DNA of 64,000 nt from Desulfobacterales bacterium (lineage in GTDB: Bacteria; Desulfobacterota; Desulfobacteria; Desulfobacterales; UBA2174): the NCBI GenBank assembly GCA_963668645.2, contig CAXXWC010000021.1, positions 1,344,001 through 1,408,000 on the forward strand, read 5' to 3'. Shown in pieces: positions 32,752-42,048 of this stretch (positions are counted from its first letter, which is position 1; each line of letters begins with the position of its first letter). The position numbers and the translations under genes were made by a program. The notes under the pieces are model-generated. The model made no database searches, was not told the DNA's origin, and worked only from the letters and a program-made list of their open reading frames with translations.

Positions 32752-34743
32752 TCAAAACTGGGCCGAACTTCCCGTAAAAGAAAGCGCCTCTTCGAGCCAG
32801 GTATCCATCTTGAGCACGTTGCGCCGTTGCCGAAAAGCCAGCCGCTGAGCCGCACGCTGAGCCTGCAAGATTGCCTGATGGGCCAAGAAACCGGCGGCTG
32901 GAATCCCGGACCGGACCGCCGCCTCCAGTCGGGCGCGCAGGATTTGCGGCACAAACCGGCGCAACAGTTCATCTTCGGTGCTGATGTAAGCCTGGGCGCT
33001 GCCCCGGTCGCCCTGGCGCGCACAACGCCCGAAGAGCTGGCGATCGATACGCCCGGACTCATGTCTTTCGGTAGCGATGACATGCAACCCTCCAAGCTGA
33101 GCGATCCCCCGGCCGAGTTTGATGTCCGTTCCGCGACCGGCCATGTTGGTGGCAATCGTAATGCGACCGACCTCACCCGCCGCGGCCACGATGCGTGCCT
33201 CCTCTTTGTGCCGAACGGCGTTGAACAGATTGAATTCCAATTGCGCTGAAGCAAGCAACGCGGCCAGTTTTTCACTGGCCTGGACACTGCGGGTACCCAC
33301 CAGGACCGGACGGCCTGAAACGTGTAGGGCGCGGATGTCTTCGACCACGGCCCGCCATTTTTGGTCCTCAGCGGCAAACACCCGATCCGTAAACACCTTG
33401 CGAGCGCAGGGACGGTTGGTGGGAATAGCCATCACCGGCAATCCGTAGATGTGCCAGAACTCACCAGCTGCCTCTTCGGCGGTCCCGGTCATACCGGCAA
33501 GCTTCCGGAAAAACCGAAAAAAACGCTGAAAGCTGAGTCTGGCGAGGGTTTCGCTCGGATTGCTGACCTCCACCCCCTCCTTGGCCTCTACCGACTGGTG
33601 CAATCCGTGCCGCCAGGTCCGGTTGGCCATCAGCCGGCCGGTAAACTCATCAACGATGGCCACTTTTCCGTCCTGCACGACATACTGCTTGTCCCGTTCG
33701 TAAAATTCCCGGGCGTTCAGGGCCTGGACCACCAGCTCTTCACGGCGCGACACCCCCTGCCACATGGCGGGCATCCCGGCTGCCAAATCGGCGATCTTGG
33801 CCTCTCCCTCGGCGGTAAGCCGGATTTCCCGATACTTCAAATCGACCTTGTAGTGCAGCCCGCGCGCCAGGTGACGGCAAACTCCATAGGCGGCGCTGCA
33901 CGCATCGACCAGGGGTCGGTTTTCTTGGGCCCTGGAGATGATCAGGGGGGTAACAGCCTCGTCGATCAACAGGCTGTCGGCCTCGTCCACGATGGCCGTA
34001 TCGATGCCCCGCTGGACCAATCCTTGAGACGCCCGCAAACCGGGCTGCAGCAAGGTGCGCAAGAGACGGCGCCCGGCGTTTTGGTAAGGTCCAAGGAGTA
34101 TACGGTCCCGCAAAAAATCGGCCACCAACTCTTTGCTCGTTGTATAGACTATTCCCCGGGCATACTGCTCCTGACGCTGGCGCGGATCCATCGGTCCGGT
34201 GACGCTGCCCACCGTCAGACCACAATAGGTATAGAAAGGGCGCATCTCTTCTTCGTCACGGCCCGCCAGATAATCGTTGACCGTGACGATGTGGCAGGGG
34301 CGCCCGCTCCATCCGGCCAGCGCTGCGGCCAAACAGGCGGTCAGGCTTTTACCCTCGCCGGTGGCCATTTCAATCAGGTACCCGCCGTTGAGGGCCATCG
34401 CCCCCCAGATCTGCACCATGAAAGGCCGCAGCCCCAGGGTCCTATGGGCGGCCTCGGCTAAAAGCGCCAGGGCTTCATCCACTTCGGCATCGAGGTTCTT
34501 ATCCACCCGTCGGAAACGCCCTGCCAATTCCTGCAACCGGTCCCGGACACGCCGATCCGACACGTTGCGCAGCTCCATGGCTTTGCTGCAAATCGCTTCG
34601 GCCCTCGCCCGATAACATCGAGAGCGTGTCGGCATCCGCTTGTACTGGCCGACCAATCCGTATACGAAGCCGTCCAGTCCCTGGTGAAGCGCGACAGGCG
34701 TCTGAATCCGGGTGCGCCTGTAATCGTGGGCCGGCAAAATCAT
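32752..34743 (-). CDS. Accessory SecA-like ATPase (SecA_DEAD paralogue), C-terminally short
   Basis: Motifs EMATGEGKS, VTVNDYLA, IVDEADSLLIDEAVTPLIIS, IVDEFTGR..GLHQSVEAKEG, GMTGTA, IATNMAGRGTDIKL, GGLHVIATERHESGRIDRQLFGRCARQGDRG. Start placed at 34743 (ATGA overlap with the upstream stop); about 663 aa. Confidence 0.93.
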   Translation of the reverse strand: MILPAHDYRRTRIQTPVALHQGLDGFVYGLVGQYKRMPTRSRCYRARAEAICSKAMELRNVSDRRVRDRLQELAGRFRRVDKNLDAEVDEALALLAEAAHRTLGLRPFMVQIWGAMALNGGYLIEMATGEGKSLTACLAAALAGWSGRPCHIVTVNDYLAGRDEEEMRPFYTYCGLTVGSVTGPMDPRQRQEQYARGIVYTTSKELVADFLRDRILLGPYQNAGRRLLRTLLQPGLRASQGLVQRGIDTAIVDEADSLLIDEAVTPLIISRAQENRPLVDACSAAYGVCRHLARGLHYKVDLKYREIRLTAEGEAKIADLAAGMPAMWQGVSRREELVVQALNAREFYERDKQYVVQDGKVAIVDEFTGRLMANRTWRHGLHQSVEAKEGVEVSNPSETLARLSFQRFFRFFRKLAGMTGTAEEAAGEFWHIYGLPVMAIPTNRPCARKVFTDRVFAAEDQKWRAVVEDIRALHVSGRPVLVGTRSVQASEKLAALLASAQLEFNLFNAVRHKEEARIVAAAGEVGRITIATNMAGRGTDIKLGRGIAQLGGLHVIATERHESGRIDRQLFGRCARQGDRGSAQAYISTEDELLRRFVPQILRARLEAAVRSGIPAAGFLAHQAILQAQRAAQRLAFRQRRNVLKMDTWLEEALSFTGSSAQF

Positions 34744-36896
34744 ATACGGTATCTCTTCTGGAGTAACTGGCGCAGCCACCGGCCCCATTGCACAAGGAGT
34801 GCTTCGGGTTGGAGCGTGAACCTCAGCTTGCCGGATTTTCCATGAAAAAATGCTGCCTTATCGGAAGGCAGGACGTGGGCGTAGATCTGAAAGAAAGGCT
34901 CGGCCGCCTTGATGCCCTTCTGGTCGGTGGGCGATACGGCCACTTGACCGCCGGCGCGCCACCCCAAGGCCGCCGACGGAAGCTGATCCTGTTGGAAGGG
35001 GATAATCCAGACCTCCCCGACTGCCACGTTTTCTCCGGCCTGCCCGTAAAGACGGACCTCCGCTTTGCGGATGCGGTCTTCAAACAGATTGGAGGCTTCC
35101 TCCTGAGATACGACGGCGGAAAAACGGAAATCGCCCGGGTCGACGATCTGACCCAGCACCGTTCCCCGCGCCACCCAGGTGCCCACCATCTCCTTGCTGC
35201 GTGGCGCCACCCATATTCCGTGCTGGCGGGCACGAACGGTAAGATCCTGCACCTGCCGTTCGAGGTCGGCCAGATTGGCTTCAATGGTGTTCAAACGTTT
35301 GCGAATCGGCGCCAGGTCGGCCACTCCCTCGCTATGGGCCTTTAGCTCCATGGCAAGTGTTTCTTCCCTTTGGGCCTTCACCCGCTGGATATCGAGTTCC
35401 AACTCCCGATCGCCGAGAATCATCAACGCCGTACCCGGAATGACCTCCGCCCCCGAAGCGGCGGCCACTTCCAGCACATAGCCCGGTGCCTCGTTGACCA
35501 CCCGCAACGAATCGACCGATTCCAGAATGCCGGGTGCCCGGAAGCGATTCGGCATCGGCACAAAGCCCAGGGTGCCGAAGATCGTGCAAAACAGCAGAAA
35601 GCTGACCCCCACGGCGCGCACACGGTGCCTTGCCAGCCTGGGGCTTGATGCCAGATAGACAATGAACCTGTATACGGGCACCACGGCCCAGGAAAAAACG
35701 CAGAAAACGGCCATCAACAATCCGAGGAGTAAAAACTTATCCGCGATAAACAAAATGATGCCGGTGAAAACCACAACCCGGTATATCCCGCTGAGTATCC
35801 CGAAGACCGTCAGCCAGAAGGCCTCTTTGGCAGACTCGGCAGGGCTGTTCGAGTCAGGATAGCCGAAGAGGTAATGCTCGCATAGGTGGCGCAGGTGGCG
35901 CATCGACTGGGTATGCAGATTGGGAATATCCAGAATGTCCGAAAGGATGTAATAGCCGTCGAAACGTAACAGCGGGTTGGCGTTGAACAGCACGGTGGAC
36001 ACCGAAGCGACCACCATCATGTTGTATGCGATGCTGTTCAATGTCCCGGGAGCCGAATAGGCCCAATAGAGGGCAGCCAGTGCGGCGACGAAAATTTCGG
36101 CGATCATGCCGGCAGCCCCCACCAAGGCCCGGTGCCACCGGTTGCGAAATGCCCAGCTAGCGGTGGCATCGATGTAGGGCAGCGGGGTGAATACCAGCAG
36201 CATAACCCCCATGACGTGCACTTCGCCGCCGAATCGCTTGCAGACGAAGGCATGGCCGAATTCGTGGATCGTCTTGACGATCACCAGTCCGAGGTAAAGC
36301 AGCGGTAGATTGGCCGGGGCGAGAATCCCCTGAATCTGGGAGGTGGCCGCATCGAAATGTTCCACCACCGCTTTGCCGGCGACGCCCACCACCAGCAGCC
36401 AGATCAGTGCCCCCACCGGCCCCACCAGGATTTTCAGAAGCGGCCCGATCTTACGCAGCATGAATTCGGGATCAAGCAGGGGCAGGCGGAAAAACATGAT
36501 ACCGAGCAGCTTGGAGCGCACCTCGCGCTCCTTGCGTTTCTTGTATCGCTCGAAGAGTTTGGCACTGTCGGCCGGCACATCGAAGTAGAGCAGGTTGGCG
36601 AAGTAAAGCTGGGTGAGCAGCTGGAGCACGTCTTCCTGGCCAGGAGCCTTGTCCGGACTGCGCTGCAGGCATTCCTCCCAGGTCTGCTCAACGGTGCGGT
36701 CGCGCCGCAGCCGGGCGACAAAATCATAGGCCTCGGGGCGCAGTCGGAAGTACTGGTTGTTGAACCGATCGTAAAGGACGTACCAGGTTTCACCCCTGAA
36801 AAGTTGCTTGCGTGCCCGGACGGTGGGGCCCAGGCAGACCCTGAGCTTGGCGATACGATGCCACGATTCGCTGAATGTTTTGCCGATGGACGCCAT
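34740..36896 (-). CDS. Site-2 protease (peptidase M50) fused to an N-terminal PqqD-like domain and a C-terminal HlyD-type adaptor domain
   Basis: HExxH (IHEFGH) and NANPLLRFDGY motifs, several TM helices, C-terminal lipoyl-hairpin-lipoyl pattern (VVNEAPGYV..coiled coil..LTVRARQHGIWV). Confidence 0.88.
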   Translation of the reverse strand: MASIGKTFSESWHRIAKLRVCLGPTVRARKQLFRGETWYVLYDRFNNQYFRLRPEAYDFVARLRRDRTVEQTWEECLQRSPDKAPGQEDVLQLLTQLYFANLLYFDVPADSAKLFERYKKRKEREVRSKLLGIMFFRLPLLDPEFMLRKIGPLLKILVGPVGALIWLLVVGVAGKAVVEHFDAATSQIQGILAPANLPLLYLGLVIVKTIHEFGHAFVCKRFGGEVHVMGVMLLVFTPLPYIDATASWAFRNRWHRALVGAAGMIAEIFVAALAALYWAYSAPGTLNSIAYNMMVVASVSTVLFNANPLLRFDGYYILSDILDIPNLHTQSMRHLRHLCEHYLFGYPDSNSPAESAKEAFWLTVFGILSGIYRVVVFTGIILFIADKFLLLGLLMAVFCVFSWAVVPVYRFIVYLASSPRLARHRVRAVGVSFLLFCTIFGTLGFVPMPNRFRAPGILESVDSLRVVNEAPGYVLEVAAASGAEVIPGTALMILGDRELELDIQRVKAQREETLAMELKAHSEGVADLAPIRKRLNTIEANLADLERQVQDLTVRARQHGIWVAPRSKEMVGTWVARGTVLGQIVDPGDFRFSAVVSQEEASNLFEDRIRKAEVRLYGQAGENVAVGEVWIIPFQQDQLPSAALGWRAGGQVAVSPTDQKGIKAAEPFFQIYAHVLPSDKAAFFHGKSGKLRFTLQPEALLVQWGRWLRQLLQKRYRI

Positions 36897-36897
36897 T

Positions 36898-38775
36898 TTA
36901 CCACCACAGCAGCATGCGGAAAAAATCCACCGTACGGTGCGTCACGATCCAAAGCACGTTGCGCTTGCCCACGTTGACCTTGGTAATGCCGCTCATCCCC
37001 GGGCGCCACCAGTCGGGAGGCGCCTCGACGAGTTTGCCGCGGACCAGGAAGATATTGCCTTCCTCCTTGGGCAGGGCCACCGGATCGATCCTTTCCACAA
37101 CAAAGGGAAACTTTAGATCTGGGCGGCTGACAAAGGCGATCTCGCCATCGTCGTTGACGGTGATTTCATGGATGTCGCGCTCTTCGATTTCGATTTCGGC
37201 GTACAACTTATCCAGCCGGGCCACCTTGAAGAGCACATCTCCCTTGCGCACCGGAGCGCCGAGCAGCTCCTTGAGATCTCCTTCAACCAGGATGCCATCG
37301 AAGGGGGCTTTGATCTCGGCATTTTCCAGATGATAGCGCACCAGCGCCAGCTGGGCCTCGGCCTGGGCCACGAGCGACAGGGCGATACGCATATCGGCCA
37401 GGGCGTTCTGGGCCCGCGCCTTTTCCGCTTCGCGGATGTACCGGTTCTGATTGGCCAGAGCGTTGGATTCTTCCAGCAGCAGCTCACGGGTATCCAGGGT
37501 CAGCAGCAGGTCGCCCCGGGAAACCCGGTCACCGACCTTGATATGGACATCGCGGATATACCCGTCAAATGGGGCCGGCAGGTAAGCCAGATCGTCGGTA
37601 CGCAGAATGAATTTGCCTTCGACCCGATAGTTCAGACTGCCGAAAAGGACGAACGCCAGGGCAAGGGCCAGGATAACGCCGAGCGCTTTGGTGAAGGTAT
37701 GTTCCACGCCGAAAAAACGGCTCAATCCGTCACGGACTGCACCGGCGGCCCTGGCCCCGAACCACCGGTCGTGCCGTTTGAGTTCGGAAAGGCGCTGCGC
37801 CGCTTGGTCGCAAACCACCCGCAACCCCCTGGCATCTACCTCGGAAAAAGGTTCGCTCCGTTCGCAGCTCAGCACCGCCACAGGAGATTCATCCACCCTA
37901 AGGGGCACCGAGACCATGTTCTCCGTACTCTGGGAACGGCAGTAGGCCTCGTGGTCCCGCACCACACTGCCGGCGTCCATCGGCCGTGGAAAAATGATTT
38001 CCTCGTCCTGGTCGAAGGCCTCCTCCATGGCCGCTTCCAGGGCCTGAACCGAGTCCATTTTCTTTTCGAACTGTTCGAGGTGGCTGATGGCCGCAACTCG
38101 CACATAGGCCCCGTCCAGCCACCCGAGGGCCACCCGCTGGCACCGGTAGCGTGCCGCCACTTCGTTGCACAGGGCCATGGCAGCGCCCATGAATTTCTGT
38201 TCGGCGTTGAGCACCACCATCAAATCGAGTGCTTCAGCGAACTGGACCACGTCGTGGCGCGCCTGCAAAGCCATGCGGCTCGACTGGTACGACCGCGGAA
38301 CATCGGCTACCAGCCGCAGTCGCAAGAGCAGATCAGCCACCGCCTCTTCACCGATCCCCTCGGCAAAAAAAACCGCTACGCTGCGCCGCTCCGCATCGTC
38401 AAGGGCCAGCATCACACCCGCCGCGATCCCTGCCGGCACCTTGCTGCCGGGGGCATCCGAGGCGGCCCAGGCCTGGCCCGAGGCTTCGGACTGCCCGGCG
38501 ACTTGTTCGACCAGAGGAGCCAGTCCAAGCCGGCGCACCTCAGCAGCGCCGCCGGTCGGCCAAAGGGAAACGGTGCGCCAGGTCTCTTCATCGCGGGCCC
38601 GGATCAACAAAAAACCGAAGCGTGCCTCGGCGAGCATGGCGGCCGCCTCAAGAAAGGCCGGCCAGAATTCCTGCGGCTGCCCCTCGAAATGGCGTACCCG
38701 TTCCAGGGCCTCCAGAACCCGGGCCAACCGATCTTCCTGCTTTTCATATTCGCTTTGGATGTAGGGCATAACCAT
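36898..38775 (-). CDS. GAF-domain-containing HlyD/RND periplasmic adaptor (MFP)
   Basis: N-terminal GAF-like regions (..VSVPLRVDESPVAVLSCER), one TM, then LPAPFDGYIRDVHIKVGDRV..IKAPFDGILV..RPGMSG. Confidence 0.85.
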   Translation of the reverse strand: MVMPYIQSEYEKQEDRLARVLEALERVRHFEGQPQEFWPAFLEAAAMLAEARFGFLLIRARDEETWRTVSLWPTGGAAEVRRLGLAPLVEQVAGQSEASGQAWAASDAPGSKVPAGIAAGVMLALDDAERRSVAVFFAEGIGEEAVADLLLRLRLVADVPRSYQSSRMALQARHDVVQFAEALDLMVVLNAEQKFMGAAMALCNEVAARYRCQRVALGWLDGAYVRVAAISHLEQFEKKMDSVQALEAAMEEAFDQDEEIIFPRPMDAGSVVRDHEAYCRSQSTENMVSVPLRVDESPVAVLSCERSEPFSEVDARGLRVVCDQAAQRLSELKRHDRWFGARAAGAVRDGLSRFFGVEHTFTKALGVILALALAFVLFGSLNYRVEGKFILRTDDLAYLPAPFDGYIRDVHIKVGDRVSRGDLLLTLDTRELLLEESNALANQNRYIREAEKARAQNALADMRIALSLVAQAEAQLALVRYHLENAEIKAPFDGILVEGDLKELLGAPVRKGDVLFKVARLDKLYAEIEIEERDIHEITVNDDGEIAFVSRPDLKFPFVVERIDPVALPKEEGNIFLVRGKLVEAPPDWWRPGMSGITKVNVGKRNVLWIVTHRTVDFFRMLLWW

Positions 38776-38884
38776 TCACAAGCACGAGGTATAACGCCTC
38801 GCAAGTCACATCGGTTATTGCAGATCCTGAATCGGCAAAACCTTTCAGGGGGCGCGTCACAACCAGCTGATCAGATCCCGGGTT

Positions 38885-39757
38885 TTACGGTATATCGAAG
38901 GTCATGGTTGCCGACATCCCGGGCCGGACCTGCCCATCCTGGTTGTCGAACTCGATCTTCACTTCCATCAGACCGCTGGCCGAATCGACCACCGGCGATA
39001 CGAAAGATATTTTGCCCTTCTTTTCGATCGGAAGCTGGCCTGATAGTATGGAGAGGTTGACCTCGCGCCCTTTTTCCAGCAAACGCCCCAGGTTTTCCTC
39101 CATGTTGCACACGAACCGGGCCCGGCTGGTATCTACCACCCGAACCAGCGGCTGATGTTCCTCACAGCTTTCGCCCACCTCGTGGAAGAGCTTGGTTACC
39201 ACGCCATTGACCGGCGAGCGCAGAATCCGCTTTTCCAGTGCGTCCATCGCCAACTTATATTCCAGTCGTTCGCGCTGTTCCACCATGGCCAAGCGCGCTC
39301 TCTCGGAATCTGCAAGCTTGTATTCCAGCTCGCTTTTTTTCAAATCGTCCTCGCTGACGGACTTCGTACGCCGGTACAAATCCAGGGTGGATTGATAGAT
39401 CTCCTTCAGGATTTGCGCCCTTGCCACTGCGCCCTGCTCCTCGGCTTTACTCTCCCAGACCAGCTTTCGGCGCGCCACCTCCAACTCCTCAGCCTCCTTG
39501 TCCAAGTAGAGGATTTGCTGTCCCTGGCGCACCCGGTCGCCTTCTTTGACGGAAATCACGGAAACGATGCCCGGCACCGCAAGGCTCATGGTCACATCGT
39601 TGATCGGCTCTGTAATTCCGGAAACCGGCGGTGACATCTCGGCAAAGGCCGCAGCGCCGACAAACGCGTTCGATCCGGCGACTGTCGCCAATAAAATAAG
39701 GAAAAAAAGAAGGCCGTACCGCCTCCCGTCACTGCCTAATCTGTCGATTCTCCTCAT
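38885..39757 (-). CDS. Efflux RND/HlyD periplasmic adaptor subunit (MFP)
   Basis: N-terminal hydrophobic segment; [43 protein letters not shown] motifs; ATGA overlap with tolC. Confidence 0.9.
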   Translation of the reverse strand: MRRIDRLGSDGRRYGLLFFLILLATVAGSNAFVGAAAFAEMSPPVSGITEPINDVTMSLAVPGIVSVISVKEGDRVRQGQQILYLDKEAEELEVARRKLVWESKAEEQGAVARAQILKEIYQSTLDLYRRTKSVSEDDLKKSELEYKLADSERARLAMVEQRERLEYKLAMDALEKRILRSPVNGVVTKLFHEVGESCEEHQPLVRVVDTSRARFVCNMEENLGRLLEKGREVNLSILSGQLPIEKKGKISFVSPVVDSASGLMEVKIEFDNQDGQVRPGMSATMTFDIP

Positions 39758-41313
39758 GAGGCCTCCGCAATTTCAATCCCGTATTTTTGAAGCAAGCTGC
39801 CCTTGACGGCATCAAGCGCAATCACCGCTTTTTCGAAGTTCACCAGGCTTTCCAGGTAGGCTTCACGCGCCCGGTTCAATTCTTCGTCACGATCCAAAAC
39901 CAGGCGACTGTTGCTGCGCCCGGCCGCCATGCGCTCCATCTCCACCACGAGCAGTTGCTCGTTCAAGCGGACGACCTGGGCATATTTTTCGGCCTGATCG
40001 ATGGCGCTGCGTACGTTGCGGATCGATGTGTCTGCCGCATTGGCCAGCGCCGTCTCGGTCGCCTTCAATTCCAGCAAGGTCTGTTCTTTACGGCGCTTGG
40101 CAGCCGCCACCTCGCTTTTTGTCTTTTCTCCACCCATGATCGGAATCCTGAATTCCAGGCCGACGGTGTAACTCGGGTACTGGTTGTCCTTGGCCATGCT
40201 CCAGGAACCGGACGGACTGTCGTTGTCCAGGCCGTTGATCCCATAGCTGGCTTTGAGGTCGAGTTGGGGCCAGCGCTGATTTTCAGCGTAAGCCAAACGG
40301 ATGCCTTCCCGCTCGATTTTGTGCAGGACCGACAAAAATTCTGGCCGTGCCCGTCGCGATTCCTCGTAGGCGCGTGTAAAGTCGGTCTCCACTTCTCTCA
40401 GCGCCAATTTGTCGGTCGCCACCACCCTGCCGTTTATCTCCATGGCCGGCATTGAAAAGAGGGTCTTGGCCGCGTTGACTGCCATCATCAATTCCTGGCG
40501 CGCCGCCACTTCCAGCGACTTTCGCAGTACGAGGCCCGCTTCGGCCTCGACGACCTCGGTTTCGGCCATCTTGCCTGTCCGCACGCGCTCTCGATTGTCA
40601 TCCAGGATCGCCTGCGCGATGCGCACCGATTCGGCGCGCACGCCGACTTTTTCCTGGGCCAGGCAAAGGTTCCAGTAGGCGGAAGCAGCCTCGGAAACCA
40701 CCTGCAGCAACTCACGGCGGTAGCCCTGGAAAGCCATGGCGGCATCGGCTTCGGCTACCCGGATATTGGCCCGGGTGACATCAATCCCGGCATTCTTAAG
40801 CAAAGGTTGAACCAGACTGCCGCCGAAGAAGGTCTGGTACTGGGCGTCGGTGGAGGCGGCATCGAGCAGGCTGCTTCGCAGTTCCTTTAAAGTATACCCA
40901 AGTCGCACCTGGGCACCTGTGGGAAGTAGCCCCTCCACCGCCGATGTGTATTCGTTGTTGCGCTTGGTATAAGTATCGTTTTCGCTGTCGAGAAATCCGA
41001 GGCTTGAATAATCTTCGACCGTCTTGGGGATGTGGCTGTAATCGTGAATGTAGGACGCCACGAACTGGGGTTCGAAAATCGCCTTGGCGTTGGTCACGGC
41101 GTCCTGGCTGATGTTCCATTCAAGTTGCTGAAAACGGATCCGCTCGTTTCGCTCGTGAACTTTGGCGATGAACGCATCGAGACTCAAACGCAAATCGGTC
41201 GCCTCAGTCTCCATCGGTTTGATGGAAGCCTCATCTGCAGCGAATCCCAGAGTCGGCCAGCAAATCAAGATCCACACCGCCACAATACTCCGAAAAACAC
41301 TTGAATATTGCAT
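39754..41313 (-). CDS. TolC-family outer membrane channel
   Basis: Signal peptide and two OEP repeats (LVQPLLKNAG..ASAYWNL..; WPQLDLKASYG..YTVGLEFRIPI). Confidence 0.92.
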   Translation of the reverse strand: MQYSSVFRSIVAVWILICWPTLGFAADEASIKPMETEATDLRLSLDAFIAKVHERNERIRFQQLEWNISQDAVTNAKAIFEPQFVASYIHDYSHIPKTVEDYSSLGFLDSENDTYTKRNNEYTSAVEGLLPTGAQVRLGYTLKELRSSLLDAASTDAQYQTFFGGSLVQPLLKNAGIDVTRANIRVAEADAAMAFQGYRRELLQVVSEAASAYWNLCLAQEKVGVRAESVRIAQAILDDNRERVRTGKMAETEVVEAEAGLVLRKSLEVAARQELMMAVNAAKTLFSMPAMEINGRVVATDKLALREVETDFTRAYEESRRARPEFLSVLHKIEREGIRLAYAENQRWPQLDLKASYGINGLDNDSPSGSWSMAKDNQYPSYTVGLEFRIPIMGGEKTKSEVAAAKRRKEQTLLELKATETALANAADTSIRNVRSAIDQAEKYAQVVRLNEQLLVVEMERMAAGRSNSRLVLDRDEELNRAREAYLESLVNFEKAVIALDAVKGSLLQKYGIEIAEAS

Positions 41314-41654
41314 ATTTAGCCCATCCCCCCTTTATTTTCTGCCGGTCCTGTGCCCATAAAAAAGTTCTGAAACCGGCATGGCGACTTACAAATTCAAATC
41401 CTGTTATCGTGAAGAGTACTTAAAATATCACACTTGCACTGATCGGTAAAGAATTCGCTATCCCACCACTCAGGCCCGCTGAAGATAAGACGCCTGGCCC
41501 TTGACAGCCATAGAGGCCGCCTTAGAGTAAGACTCAGGACATACGGAGACCGGAAGGCCCGTAACATCCGACATTCAATCCGACATAACCGATTAGATTT
41601 CCGCTCGACCGCCTCGAAGCCGGTCGAAGCCGGAAGGAGAGATAGGGGGGTGCC

Positions 41655-42011
41655 ATGAATCGTATCCATATCGTTCTGATAGCTGTTGTCGTTTTTGGGG
41701 CCGCACTGGTCGGCACGGTAACGGCGGGCGTGGTGGATCCGCGCGACGTGGCATTTGTCAGCGCCGTTGGCGGACCTGAAACCTCGGTGGGTGGCGATCC
41801 CACACCTTGGGCTTCGGCGGGGGTCGTTTCTCAGAGCGACAGTGATTTTCTTTCCCGTAACGCAAGCACCGTCATCGCATCGAACACGAGGCGAGTTGTG
41901 CCTTCCGTGGGTGTGGTGGACGGAGCTGACTACCGCCTCATTGCCGGAGACGGAAAACCGGGGGCCGCCTGTGATATTGCTCTCGTGGCAGCGATAGATC
42001 CCGGTTGCTAA
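41655..42011 (+). CDS. Small secreted hypothetical protein
   Basis: Purine-rich RBS-like sequence upstream, signal-peptide-like N-terminus (MNRIHIVLIAVVVFGAALVGTVTA), followed by a terminator. Confidence 0.5.
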   Translation: MNRIHIVLIAVVVFGAALVGTVTAGVVDPRDVAFVSAVGGPETSVGGDPTPWASAGVVSQSDSDFLSRNASTVIASNTRRVVPSVGVVDGADYRLIAGDGKPGAACDIALVAAIDPGC

Positions 42012-42015
42012 ATTG

Positions 42016-42047
42016 ATCGGGCGGCCTCCCGGCCGCCCGGTCTTTTT
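42016..42047 (+). terminator. Intrinsic terminator
   Basis: cgggcggcc-tccc-ggccgcccg followed by a T tract. Confidence 0.7.
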
Positions 42048-42048
42048 G

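Noticed and set aside
32752..34788. Housekeeping secA, and the ORF-track start at 34788
   Set aside because: Too short and lacks the C-terminal domains; ATG 34743 overlapping the upstream stop is the more plausible start.
37168..39060. 630-aa plus-strand ORF
   Set aside because: Antisense to the GAF-MFP and MFP genes, with no recognisable motifs.
1..41313. Mobile element or prophage origin for the giant-protein locus
   Set aside because: No integrase, transposase, phage gene or flanking direct repeat was seen; horizontal origin cannot be judged from this window.
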